Assembly: GCF_009914755.1 (NCBI RefSeq)
Contig: NC_060936.1
DNA: 64,000 nt
Reading direction: 5' to 3' (one strand)
Origin: the human T2T-CHM13v2.0 reference genome, Homo sapiens
Below, one piece after another: positions 1 to 18,291 of this stretch (position 1 is the first letter of the stretch; the number at the start of each line of letters is the position of its first letter). Under the pieces are notes generated by a model. That model saw only the letters and a program-made list of their open reading frames with translations. It did no database searches and had not been told where the DNA came from. The position numbers and the translations under genes are program-made.

Positions 1-97
1 GAGACGGAGCTTGCAGTGAGCAGAGATTGTGCCACCGCACTCCAGCCTGGGTGATAGAGCGAGACACCATCTCAAAAAAAAAAAAAAAAAAAAAAAA
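1..97 (+). mobile_element. Alu 3' end (AluY-like) inserted into L1 ORF1
   Basis: gagcttgcagtgag...ccagcctgggtga...ctc followed by poly-A 74-97. Confidence 0.9.
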
Positions 98-1192
98 GAA
101 TGTTCAATATTTCCCCCCACTCTCTTCTGGCTTGTAGGGTTTCTGCAAAGAGATCCACTGTTAGCCTGATGGGCTTCCCTTTGTGGGTAAACTGACCTTT
201 CTCTCTGGCTGTTTTTTCCTTCATTTCAACCTTGGTGAATCTGATGATTATGTGTCTTGGAGTTGCTCTTCTCGAGGAGTATCTTTGTGGTATTCTCTGT
301 ATTTCCTGAATTTGAATGTTGGCCTGTCTTGCTCGGTTGGGGAAGTTCTCCTGGATAATATCCTGAAGAGTGTTTTCTAACTTGGTTCCATTTTCCCTGT
401 CACTTTCAGGTACTTCAATCAAACATAGATTTGGTCTTTTCACATAGTCCCATATTTCTTGGAGGCTTTGTTCATTCCTTTTTATTCTTTTTTCTCTAAT
501 CTTGTCTTCTCGCTTTATTTCATTAAGTTGATCTTCAATCCCTGATATCCTTTCTTCCATTTGATCGATTCCGCTATTGATACTTGTGTATGCTTCACGA
601 AGTTCTCGTGCTGTGTTTTTCAGCTCCATCAGGTCATTTATGTTCTTCTCTAAACTGATTATTCTAGTTAGCAGTTCATCTAAGCTTTTTTCAAGGTTCT
701 TAGCTTTCTTGAATTGGGTTAGAACATGCTCCTTTAGCTCGGAGGAGTTTGTTATTACCCACCTTCTGAAGCCTACTTCTGTGAATTCCTCAAACTCATT
801 CTCCATCCAGATTTGTTCCCTTGCTGGCAAGGAGTTATGATCCTTTGGAGGAGAAGAGGTGTTGTGGTTTTTGGAATTTTCAGCCTTTTAGTGCTGGTTT
901 CTCCCCATCTTTTTGGATTTATCTACCTTTGGTCTTTGATGTTGGTGACTTTCGGTTGGAGTCTTTGAGTGGACATGCTACTCCTTTCTGTTTGTTAGTT
1001 TTCCTTCTAACAGTCAGGCCTCTCCGCTGCAGGTCTGCTGGAATTTGCTGGAGGTCCACTCCCGACACTGTTTGCCTGGGTATCACCAGTGGAGGCTCAG
1101 TTGGAAATGCAGAAATCACCCATCTTCTGTGTTGATCTCACTGGGAGCTGCAGACTGGAGCTGTTCCTATTTGGCCATCTTGCCAGCAATCT
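98..1192 (-). mobile_element. L1PA (older primate, ~PA7/8-like) 5' part: spliced 5'UTR and defective ORF1
   Basis: ORF1p translation (EQSLQEIWDYVKRPNL, RATPRHII); ORF1 ATG ~908 with an early TAA at 836-838; L1 5' terminus ~1170-1192; 5'UTR lacks an internal segment at 1095/1096. Confidence 0.92.
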
Positions 1193-1497
1193 GCCCTAGG
1201 AGTTTTCATAAACACATTTATTTAATCACAGTCTACCTTCAAATAGTATTATGCCACTTATGTGTAGCGTAATAACTTCCCTAATTTCTCTCACTCTTTA
1301 TGCAATTGTTATATGTTTTACTTTTACTTGTGCTCCAAACCCAGAGTAGGTTGCCTTTGTTTTTGCTTTAGACAGTAAATTATCTTCTAAAGTTATTAAC
1401 AAGAAAAAATATTTTATATTTACTTTGACTTTAACAATTCCAAAAGATCTTTGCATAGATTCAAGTTTCTGTCTAGTATTACATTCCTTCCTCTTAA

Positions 1498-1818
<321 letters not shown>

Positions 1819-2483
1819 AAGAACTTTCTTTAACATTTCTTGTGGCATAGGTCTGCTTAATTTCTCTTTCATTTTGAAAAGTATTTTCACTTGGTATAGA
1901 ATTCCATGTTACTTTTTTTTTCTTTTAACATTTTAAAGATGTCACTCTATGTCTTAGTTTCTTGTGATGACTATGCTGTAAATTTAATTTTTTTCCTTTA
2001 GGTAATGTGTCTTTTTTGTCTGACTGTCTTCTAGATTTTCTCTTTATCTTTGGTTTTCAAATGTTTAAATAGGACACATCGTGTGTGTGTAGTGTGTGTG
2101 TGTGTGTTGGTATTTATATCACTATGATTCTCTGAGCTTCTTGGATCTGTGGTTTGATGTCTTTCATTATTTTTTGAAAATTCTCAGCTATCATCTCTTC
2201 GTTTATTTTTCTACTCTGATCTCTTTCTCTTCTGGAATTCTAATTACATGTATGTTAGCCTGTTTAATATTGCCACATAACTCATATGTTCTGTCCTTTT
2301 TCTATTCTTTTTAATTTTTTTCCTTTAGTTTTGGTAATATCTGTTGACATATCTTCCAGTTTACTAATTGTTTTCCCTTTGGCTATGTTCAGTCTACTTA
2401 TGAACCCATTGAAGGCCTTCTTCACCACTATTACCATACATTTAAATATTTTCTAACCTTTCTTTGGCCTGTTCTTAGTTTCT

Positions 2484-3828
<1,345 letters not shown>

Positions 3829-4029
3829 CTACTAGGATCCAGCTGCTCTTTTGCAACTAGTAGATGACCTTGAGGATTCTAGCTTATTATCACTTCTGCC
3901 TACATCCCAGTCGTCAAAGCAAGCCACATGGTCATTCAATGGGCTGTATAGATCCCTAACATAGATAGGGATTATTATTCTGTTACAAGGAGAAAGAAAA
4001 CAGTCTATTAAATTAACCTATGGAGTTGC

Positions 4030-5335
4030 CCATTTTAGAAACCTAGGAGTTATCTTTGATTCCTCCATTTTCCTCAGTCCCCACATTTAATCAGAAAGTG
4101 CTAGTGAATCTTTTGTCAAAGTACATATAGAATCTGTACATTTCTCTGTGCCATCCTAATCCAAGATACCATCATCTCTTCCCTGGGCTCCTAATTGGAC
4201 CTTCTCATTTTTACTCTTGCCTTCCTCCTATCAATTTTCCCAACCAAAGCAAGAATTATCTTAAAATGTAAATCATTTCATATTGTTCATTCACTTAAAA
4301 AACAATATTCTGTTGCATTTGAAATGTTAACAAAAGAGCAATGAGATCTCTTGTGGAGGCAAAAGGAGAACTTTATTTTCTAAAAGCAACCTGCAGATTG
4401 AGGAGACAGCCTTCAGTGCAAAACAAAAGTGCACTCTAAGGAGGGGATTGGAGAGTTATATATCATAAAGATGAAGATTGCAGGCCAGAAGAGGAGTCAG
4501 GGAGTGAGGAACACAGTCTTGATTGGAAAACCTTTGATCTCCCAAATAACCAGTCTCTCTTAGTTGGCTGATTCCAGGTAATTGGCTGGCACCAGGTAAC
4601 CTATTGGTGGTCAGTTGGGGAATTTCCAGCTGTAGTTGTTTTTGACATTGTTTTCAGGAACTGTTCTTTGACTTGATTGCAGAAAAACTGGTTTTACAAT
4701 AGTTTTGACAGATACAGAGTGCATGATCACTCCCTCACTCTGCTATGGCCTCTTGGTTCTGCTTTTAGCTTTTGAGCCACAGGGAGTCTGCCTTGTCTGT
4801 CAATTGGGGGCATAATTTGATACATTTAAATTAAAATTTAAACTTCTAATAAGAGCAAGGCCATCCTCCCTCTGCCTCTCTTTCCAACCTCATCTCATTC
4901 TAGTTTCTTCTTTATTCACATTTCAGAAACTTGATATCTATAAGCTCTTCCCTATTTCATAGCTTTTGAATATGCTGTTCCGTCTCTCTAGAATGCTCTT
5001 TCTCTAACTTTTGCCAAGCCTTGCTCATTCTCTAACTTTTGCCAAGCCTTGCTCATTCTCATGCCTTAAGTCTTAGCATATGTGTCACTTTCTCAAATAG
5101 GCCTTCCCTGACCTTCCTCTCTAAAGCTGATCCCCTGCTGTTCTCTAACTAGCTCTTTGTTTAGTTCTATCATCATTCTAATTTGTCTGTTTACTTATCT
5201 TCCCAACTAGACTGTAAGGACCATGAAGGAAAGGGCCATTTCTGTGTTGTTTGCTGTTGTATCCCCACAGCTGGCCTTGACCTTGGTAATTTGTAAGTTT
5301 TTTTAAAAAGTGTTGAATGAGTGAGTAAATAGGTA
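4030..5335 (+). mobile_element. L2 fragment interrupted by an LTR-like insert (~4325-4825)
   Basis: L2-type motifs (aggccttccctgacc, actagactgtaag, tgttgaatgagtga 3' tail); the internal segment begins tgtt with a reverse-strand AATAAA. Family not resolved. Confidence 0.6.
5000..5060. repeat. 28-bp tandem duplication
   Basis: ttctctaacttttgccaagccttgctca occurs about 2.2 times, perfect copies. Confidence 0.9.
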
Positions 5336-7089
5336 GATGAGATAATGAGGGTATAATCCAGGGCAGCAGCCGTAGGCAAAGAAAAGAGAGAACATTGGAA
5401 ACTTTTAAGACTCAGATTAAATGCTTAATCTTCTCTGAGGTCTCTCCTTATCTTTTCAGCCAGAAATTGAGTATAGTGTCTCACTTATGAACCTTTGATT
5501 TTGTTTATGCCTCATTTGTTGTGTTTAACATTCTCTACCTCTTGTAATGATTGTTTTAAATGACAGCTCTTTCCTGCCAGGATTTTACCCATCTTAAAGG
5601 AAAGACCATATTTTATTCATCTGTCTCCCATAATAGTCAACACCCTGCTTGGCACATAATAAGCTGATTATATGTTTTGAATGAAAAAGTGAGGGAAAGA
5701 CTTGAACACTTTTGTGTTCTAGGGTGAGGAGAAAGGGTCTGCATAGATTGGGTTCTTGGATAACTTCCCTGTGACAGCCTCTCAGGGAGGGACCTAAGCT
5801 TCTTGAAATAAGTTTTCCAATCTTATTACAAAGGTTATTTTTCCATGATATGAGCTCACTATACTTCACTTTCTGAAGGAGACCAAAGAAAGATATAATG
5901 TATTGACCTTTTCTGGATTTGATAATCTCAATTTATAGTGCAGAGCATTGCCCGGCACATGCCAGTTAGGCCAATAAAAATGACTTTGAACTTCCAAACT
6001 TTTCTCCCTGGAGAAGCAGAGTAATAGTCTTGATCACACTCTAAGGAGGCACTTGGGTCCCAGCCAATCTCTGCCCAGTTGGTCCCCTCGTCCTTCCTCC
6101 TTCTCTGGTATCTGGGGGAACAGGCCTGAGGGGAGGGGAAGGTAGTGTTGAGCCGGGACCGTCAGGGTCTCATTAGCATTTGGTACTTAGATAATCCCAG
6201 CTGTTCCATGTGTGGAAATCTCCACGGGCAGCTTTACATCAGATCAATTAAGGCCAGCTTGAGTTTTGCTTTTACTCTAAATGATTCTCAAGAGTTTAGT
6301 TAGGAAGATACCTACAGGGACTGCTCAGTGACTATCCAAGGAGGATCACAGGAGCAACTGGGATTTATTAAAAGAGTGAGCAAAGGGCCCATGTCCAGGA
6401 GGTGTCCCTGCAGATCTTGTTCCAAGTATCATGAGTAAAATGGCAACTCCAGCACCAGCTCTCCCAGCTGTGTAACTTAAGTACTGTCCCTACAAAGTCC
6501 TCTCTATTCTCACCCTAAATCTTACCCTTGCAGTTATTTCTGGATTAGTCAGAAAGTCCCTGACTTTGGGACATATCTATTAACATACACTTCTCATATA
6601 ATCTATCCCAATCACTGACTGGGATAAAAATTAAATCCCCTTCTGGAAAAAAAAGACATTAATCTCATTGCACCCGGCATCACAGAATGTTTCTAATAAT
6701 AACAAATGGACAACAATTATTCTACAAGAGATAAACTGTTAAATTAAATATAGAACACCTACATAATGGCATTTTATACAGTCAATATATCTATGATGAG
6801 TTCTTTATACCACGGATACATACTTACCTATAATTTTAAGGAAAATTCAGGATGAAAATTCTACATATCATGTGAAAAAGTTATGCCAAATCACATTTAG
6901 GCAGTGGAAATATACCAAAATGATAACTATAGAAGTCATGAATATTTTTGAATTGTTATTCTTCTTTATAGTTTTTTTGTAGTTTCAATGTATTACTATC
7001 ATAATCAGGAGAAAACACATTAAAATTGTAATGGGTCCACTCAACACAGATATTTCTAACATAACACCAAAGAAAAATGTCCAATCAAT

Positions 7090-7480
7090 CTATTCATCTC
7101 CTAGGGCTGCCATAACAAACGACCACAAATTGAGTGGCCTAAAGGAGTGGGAATGTATTCTCTCACAGTTTTGGAGACTAGAAGTCCAAAATCAAGGTGT
7201 TGGCAGAATTGGTTCCTTCTGGAGATTCTGAGGGAGAATCTGTTCCATGCTTCTCTCCTGGTAACTGCCAGAAACCCCTGGCATCCTTTGCCTTATCATT
7301 ACCTTAATCTCTGCCTCTGTCATCACATGACATTCTCCTTGTGCAGCTCTGTGTGTGTTCAAACTTCCCCCTTCTTCTAAGAATTAGTCATTGGATTAGG
7401 GACTGCCTTTATTTAGTTTGGCCTCATCTCAACTTGATTGTATCTACAAAACACTATTTTCAAATAAAGTCATATTTACA
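7090..7480 (-). mobile_element. MLT1 (ERVL-MaLR) LTR
   Basis: ctagggctgccataacaaa...ctcacagttttggagactagaagtccaaaatcaaggtgttggcag signature. Confidence 0.8.
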
Positions 7481-7599
7481 GAGAGGTTTGCTGGCAGAAT
7501 AATTCCTAGATCTCACTCCAGTGTCCCCCTTGGTAGAACCCAAATGGAAGCCAGAGGACAAAGGAGCTCGCTGATGTAGAACATACAGATTAGCTACTA

Positions 7600-8143
7600 T
7601 AGGGGTTCCCAGCCCCCAGGTCACAGACTGGTACTGGTCAGTGGCCTATTAGGAGCTGGGCCACACAGCAGAAGGTGAGTGGTGGGCAAGCAAGTAAAAC
7701 TTCATCTGTATTTACAGCTGCTCCCCATTACTCACATTACCACCTGAGCTGTGACCCCTGTCAGATCAACAGTGGCATTTGATTCTCACAGGAGCATGAA
7801 CCCTGTTGTGAACTGCACGTGTGAGGGATCTAGGTTGCACACTCCTTATGAGAATCTAATGCCAGATGATCTGTTGCTATCTCCCATCACCCCCCAGATG
7901 GGACCATCTATTTGCAGGAAAACAAGCTCAGGGCTTCCACTGATTGATTCTACATTATGGCGAGCTGTATAATTATTTCATTATATATTAAAGTGTAATA
8001 CTAATAGGATATTAATAGAATAATAATAGAAATAAAGGGCACAATAAATGCTTGAATCATCCTGAAACCATCCCCAACCTAGTCCATGGAAAAATTGTCT
8101 TCCACGAAACTGGCCCCTAATGCCAAAGAGGTTGGGACCACTG
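7600..8143 (+). mobile_element. MER1A (hAT-Charlie) DNA transposon
   Basis: MER1 body with terminal inverted repeats; 8-bp TSD agctacta at 7592-7599 and 8144-8151. Confidence 0.9.
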
Positions 8144-8692
8144 AGCTACTAGGAGCATGGAGCAGGATGGAAAAGAGTGGGAAAATGGATTTGTGAGGGC
8201 AAAAGGAAGTTATCCAGCACATTGGGTTATTATTTAGTGTCATGTATGTTCGTATGTTTAGACTCAGGCCTCAGTGCTTCCCTAGTGGTTGGCTAGAGGC
8301 TGCCCTCAGTTCCTTGACATGTGAGCCTCTCCCTTTGTCCTCATCCAGTATGTGCACACAAGAGCCAGAGAGAGAAAATGCCACTGATGTGAAAGTCAGA
8401 GTCTCTTATGGCCTAATCATGAAAGTGACATTTCATCATTTTCTGTATCCTATTTATTAGAAGCAAATCATTAGGTCCAGTCCACACTCAAAGCAAAGAA
8501 ATTAAACAAGAATGTGAACAACACTTCCTTCCTTCATTCTCTCTAATAGTTTTCTAATTTTGCTTCCCCTTCTCCTGATGACCAAATGCTTACAAGGTAT
8601 CTGGGCCCCTTTCTAGCCCCGGAAGTTCAATCTTAGTTAGCCTAAACCAAACATGGTGATCCTATTTCCCTTGTGAAGGGTTACTTTAAATA

Positions 8693-9250
<558 letters not shown>

Positions 9251-9857
9251 TATAAGATTATGATGAAATTCTAGTAAAAATTATGTGAGACTAATCTGGA
9301 AGACTTCTGGGAAAATTTATTCTGACTCTTAAAAGGGACACAAACACAGGGATGATTCCTGGTTCTCTGAATGTAGTGTTTTGCATTTGATCTCCACAAC
9401 CATGTCACTCAACTTGGAAACATAAGGGCATTGAGTCTAAGAAGGCAAATCAACACCCCATGAAGAGGGCAGAGCAGAAAGATTTAGAAAATACCTGGAT
9501 TTTGATGAGGTTATTGAGTTGCTGACTTAACCAACCCTGGATCATCGCCATCTCTGCAGTCCTTGTAATGTGACTTAACAATGTACTCATTGTTTTGTCA
9601 CTTTTGGTTGGATTCATACTACATGCAACTGAAAGGATCCCAACAGATGTGTGCCTTATTTCTTAAATAGCAGCTATTATACCCAGAGTATCTAACTATT
9701 ATTGGAAGTTGTAACTACGGGAAAGTTATTTAAGCTCTTTTTAACTCTGTTTTCTCATCTGCAAAATGGGAGTAATAATAGTATCTATACCAAATATTTT
9801 TGGGGAAGAGTAAATTCATCAATGTATGTATGCAAACTGAACAATGCCTGGCACATG

Positions 9858-11115
<1,258 letters not shown>

Positions 11116-11159
11116 TGACCCCATGGGAAAATAGGGGCAATGAGGTAATGAGCTTTGGA

Positions 11160-11782
11160 TGAAATTATGGGAGCACTCCACCAAATCCCCAAGGTCCTAG
11201 TAGATCGAGAAAGAGGAATTCAGTGGTGCCAGTGGCTTTGAGGCAGGACAGGGGAGCTCTAAAATTGCAGTTTAGCCCAGGAGGGTTCTTGGCTTCACCC
11301 AGGGAAGAATTCAAGGATGAGCTGGTGGTGTTAGACAACAATATTTTATTAAATGGTACTACTTCTAGCAAAGCAGGGCTAACTCACAGGCCATGTGCCC
11401 AGAATCAGCAATGCATGGGCTCTTGGCAACTATACTTTTACTCACTTATACTCACTTTCAATTACATGCAAATTAAGGGGTGGTTTAATGCAAATTGAGG
11501 AGTAGATTATTTAGAACTCTCTACCAAAGGGGTGGTAACTTCCAGGTCATTGCCATGGAAAGGGGTGGTAACTTCCTGTCACTGCCATGGCATTTGTAAA
11601 CTGTCATGGTGCTGGTGGGAGTGTCTTATGCTAACGAGCAATGACAGCAGCTAGGGATTGCTTTCAGTCACCATCTGCTGGTTTTTGGCTAGTTTCTTAA
11701 CTTTATCCTATCTGGACTAGATCCTGTTTTGGTCAGCAGAATTGTGACCAGAAAACAAGTTCTGCCAGTCTCCTAGCTCACA
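11160..11782 (-). mobile_element. ERV1-class solo LTR
   Basis: gggttcttggcttc...aagaattcaagga, reverse AATAAA ~11345, repeated ggtggtaacttcc/ttgccatgg motifs, ends in ca. Family uncertain. Confidence 0.65.
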
Positions 11783-12326
11783 TAAAGATGAGATGAAGAA
11801 AAGGACAGGAAACAGGGTTGTCTAGGCAGCCACATAGAGAGGAAACATCCTGTCTAGAGAGGGAGTTGGGTCATGAAGGCAGATGCCAAACAGAGGCTTC
11901 AATGCATGTCTCTGGGTTGGGGTGACTTAGGCAAAGGAGGATACCAGTTTAAACCCAAGTATCACCCCAGAAAAATATATATAGCATCTATATGGAAATT
12001 ACCACATCCATGGAGGCCACCAGTAGGAAACAAAACCAAATTGAGTCCAAGGATAACTAGGAATACTTTTCTATCTTTAGCAGGTACATTACTGCATAAT
12101 AAACTCCTGCTTCCCTTCAATTTCCCCTTCTAGTGCCTGATGTCAGACGTGTTAGGGTGTTGAAAATGAAGGGAAAAGCAACGTCTCAGAGACAGACCAC
12201 TCTCCATCCAAAGCGCCCACTAGAAGGTGCTAGAGAGGGAGAGAGTGAATGAAAGATCATGCCTTCCCTCTTCTCTAAGCTATTACAAACCTGATAAGCA
12301 TTGGAGGATAGGAGAGGAACCAGCTG

Positions 12327-12617
12327 TTTTTATTTTTTATTTTTATTTTTTAAAATAGGGTCTTGCTCTGTGGCCCAGGCTAGAGTGCAGTGGTATGATC
12401 ATGACTCACTCCTTGAGCTCCTGGGCTCAACTGATCCTCCACCATCAGCTTCCTGAGTAGCTGGGACTACAGGCATGGACCACTACTCTTGGCTAATCTT
12501 TTAATTTTTTGTAGGGATTGGATCTCACTATGTTGCCCAGACTGGTCTCAAACTCCTAGCCTCAAATGATCCTCCCACCAAGTGCTGGGATTACAGGCAT
12601 GATCACTGCATTCAGCC
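12327..12617 (-). mobile_element. AluJ
   Basis: Diverged Alu with ctcctgggctcaa J-type diagnostics. Confidence 0.85.
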
Positions 12618-12961
12618 TCAGAAACCAGCTTTGAATTGACTGTAAGATAGGAATAGACTGTAAGTCTCTGAAAGTAACCAGGCAGTTATGGAATATTCAT
12701 CAAAAGATCTGTTATCCAATAGAAGGGATTATTTGGCATATCACAGTTGGTGCCAGTAACTAGAGAAACATAAAACCATTTCACGATTCGTACTTGTGCC
12801 TCACTGTATGAAATTGTTCAATAAACTAGTTACATATACATATGATATAATAAACTCCATAGATATTTTTAATGTAACATTCTATATAATACTATATTAA
12901 TATAATATTAATTATATATTAGTTATATAATATATGTAATCTATATTAATTAAAAATACTA

Positions 12962-13287
<326 letters not shown>

Positions 13288-14989
13288 TTCTAGTTGTATG
13301 TTTAATGAACTTTTTATTTAAGAATACTTTTAAATTATGGAAAAGTAGCAAAGATAATACAGAGTTCCCATATACCACACAGCAAACTCCTCTATTATTA
13401 ATATTATTAGTATGGTACATTTCTCACAATTAATGAACAGTTAATGTATTGATACGTTGTATCATATATTGGTACATTGTTATTAACTGAAGTCCATACT
13501 TTATTCACATTTCCTTCATTTTTACTGAATGTCCTTTTTCTGTTCTAGGAGCCCATTCAAGATAAGTTACATTTAGTTGTCATGTCTCCTTAGACTCCTC
13601 TCGGCTGTGGCATTTTCTTAGACCTTGAGAGTTTTGAGGATTACTAGCCAGGTATTTTGCATAATGTTCCTCAGCTGTGTTTTTTAAGAAGTTTTTTTTT
13701 TTTTTTTTTTTTCTCAAGGGTTGTGGGTTTTTGGGAGGAAGACCACAGAGGTAAAGTGTCATTTTCATCACATCATATCAAAGGTTCGTTATATCCAGAG
13801 GAATTATCACTTTTGTTAACCTTGATCACCTGGATGAAGCAGTGTTTGTGAGGTTTCTCCTGTAAAGTTACTTTTTTGACCCTCCCCTCATGCTGTTTAC
13901 TTTGGAAGCAAATCACTAGGTATAGCCGGCACATAAAGGAGTCAGGAGTTATGCTTCACTTCCTTGATGGGGGAGTGGCTACGTAAATTATTTTAAATTC
14001 TTCTGCATGAGAGATTTGTCTATTCATCCTCATTTATGTATTTTTTCAATCATTTACATCAGTAGGAACTCATGGATATTTTACGTTTGGGGTTATAATT
14101 CAGTACTGCACTATTTTCTTGCTCAAATTGCTCCAGCCTTGGCAACTGGGAGCTCTTTGAGTTGGCGCCTGTGTCCTCTTGACATGTGCTTAGCTTTTCA
14201 TGATTGTGTGTGTTTAGCATTCCCTGCATCTTTCCCTAGTTATGTGTGGTCACTTTCTATTTTTTCCCATATATGCAGTTGTCTTTTTAAAAGTCCTAGT
14301 CTTTAATGTTTTGCTTCAAAAATAAGAGACAGAGAAAAATGAAGGGAGAAAAAGAAGACTTGCCCTTTAAATACCCTGGAAGTCACTCAGCTGAGGGAAG
14401 ATGAGGAAACTAAAACAATAATGGCTGCCTGCCTCTTTGTCTGCACCTGTGTGTTCAGAAGCAGCAATCAGTAACCACAGCACTGATCCCTAATATTTTA
14501 TTTATTTAGTTAATTACTTTTTAGCTCAGACCTTGAACCATAATCGCTGATATTTAGAGGAAAAGGTCCCTTTTGGACACTGCAAGTTGTGTGTGAGCTG
14601 TTCCAGGAACATATGCACAGCTACTTGCCACATGGCTGACAATGGGGAATAGGTAGCTGCTACTGTGCAAAGTACTGTCACACTTTATTGTCCAAGCTTT
14701 CCCCTATGGAAGCTACAATCCTTCAAGAGACTCCAGAGTTCCAAAATAGTTAGTTATATCAGACTGATTCTGCCAGTGCAATTTTTGTCTAGGTAGGGAG
14801 ACAGATTGTTGGTGCTACCTATTCTGCTATCTTCCCAGAATCTTCTCTGGACATTTGTTTTTGTTGAATTGGCATTCTACATATTGTTAGTGAATTCACT
14901 GAGGGCCGTTGAGAGATGTCAAAATTCTTGGGAACCTGAAAATTGTGGTTTGAACACTAACATCTAACTCTGCTCCCTTTTAAACAAAA

Positions 14990-16495
<1,506 letters not shown>

Positions 16496-17887
16496 AGCAT
16501 TTCTGAGTAGAAGGGGAAACAATCCTGAGCAATGAAATTTTGCAAACAGATAAACAGATAGATGTGTAATATTTGATTTTGCAAAGCTAAGAAAGAAAAA
16601 TTCCAGTACAGCAGCTAGGTAGGGGAATGGGACCAAGAACTAACTGTGATGTACATTGTAAAATCCTCTGGAAATTAGGAATGAAGGGTGGGGGGGTGAA
16701 AGTTAAGAAAGAAGAATTGGTTGAAAAAATTTTTAAAAACGTTTAAATTACTTTATCCCTTCCCCCATTGCACATAGCTGTGAGAACAATCTGTTATCCA
16801 CCCTAACAGAAAATTGAAAATTTATTCTTTGGAGAAACAGAGTAATTTTGTTGCAGATACACCAGGTCTACTTGAAGATATTAATACTATGTGCAAAATA
16901 GAGAGACAAAAGAAATATACGCCTTTTGAGTGCTAAGATTTCCAGATCTCTTCTCCCATTTGAATTGCAGAATGTTGGTAACCAGGTATTTACCCTCCAG
17001 GTAAAGGACTGAAAGAGTCTTAACTGATGAATCAGAGCAGCTCAAGAGGAAAGACCTAAATATATTTATATTAGGGCTTCTCAATAAAAGAATCTACCTG
17101 ATTAACCAATAAAACAGCTCAAAGTTGATAAGTTGATAAGTGCCAAAGCACTCAGAATTCCAATTCATATTACAGTCTTCCACTCTAATTGTAAACAGAC
17201 AACCAAGTATCACCAGACAAATGAGGAAAGCTTCCGATATAAAAGATAAAGACCAAACCAAACTAATAGAAAAAAAAAGCACTTTGGAGGAAACAGAGAA
17301 TATGCAGAGAGAAGAAAACAAAAGTCAAAACCGAAAAATACTCAGAGAGATAAACTGCATCCACAAAACAAGTACAGGATGCTATACAAATGATATTATA
17401 AAACAAACAAGAGTTCTTAGAATTAAACATGATAAGAGAAATGGAAATCTCAATAGAATAGTTGGGAAATAAAGTTAAGGATATCTCCTAGGAAGTAAGA
17501 AAAAGAGCCAAAGAGACTATCATGTGGGAGGAAACTATCACCACAATATAGCCATGTGTTGCTTAACAATGGGGAAAAGTTTTGAGAAATGTGTCATTAG
17601 CTAATGTTGTCATTATGCAAATGTCATAGAGTATACTTACCACGTCTTTTAGTATTTACAACGTCTTTTAGTACTATTTGTCTTTATTCTTAGTGTGCAC
17701 ATATTCTGTTAATCAAGAGGGGCCATAATGTCTGATTTTGTCCTATATTTAAGTTGGATATTCACTTGGAATATCCAGCTTGCTCTCCCCTTGTAAACGC
17801 TCACAGTTGACACTACAACCCACGCCCTGTTTCTTCCCAAAATGCACAATGAAATTTTGTAGACTTAGAAAAACTCTTAAGCTAACT

Positions 17888-18137
17888 CAGCCTGCAGCCT
17901 ATTTTTGTATAAGAATAGTTTTACATTTTTTAATGGTTGAAAAAATCAAAATAATAACATTTTATGATACATAAAATTGTATGAAATTCATATTTCAATA
18001 TCCCTGCTCAATTGTTTACATTTGGTCTCTGGCTGTTTTTGTGCTACAATGGCAGGTTTGAGTAGTTGTGACAGTGACCAGGTGGCCAGCAAAGTAATGA
18101 ATATTTACTAACCGGCCTTTTAAAGAAAAAGTTTACT
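17888..18137 (+). mobile_element. MER58-like hAT element
   Basis: aagaatagttttacattttt...gagtagttgtgacag...aatatttacta...aagaaaaagttt signature. Confidence 0.7.
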
Positions 18138-18291
18138 GTAAAACCTTTTCAGTGTAATGAGACTTAAAAACTCAGCATCACAGGATGGGTATATGTCTGA
18201 GCATATCTCCTCTTTTAGCACCTTTTTGAGATCATACTCCAGAAATACACATTTACAAGCAAACACACACTCCAAACTCTCAGAAAATCAC

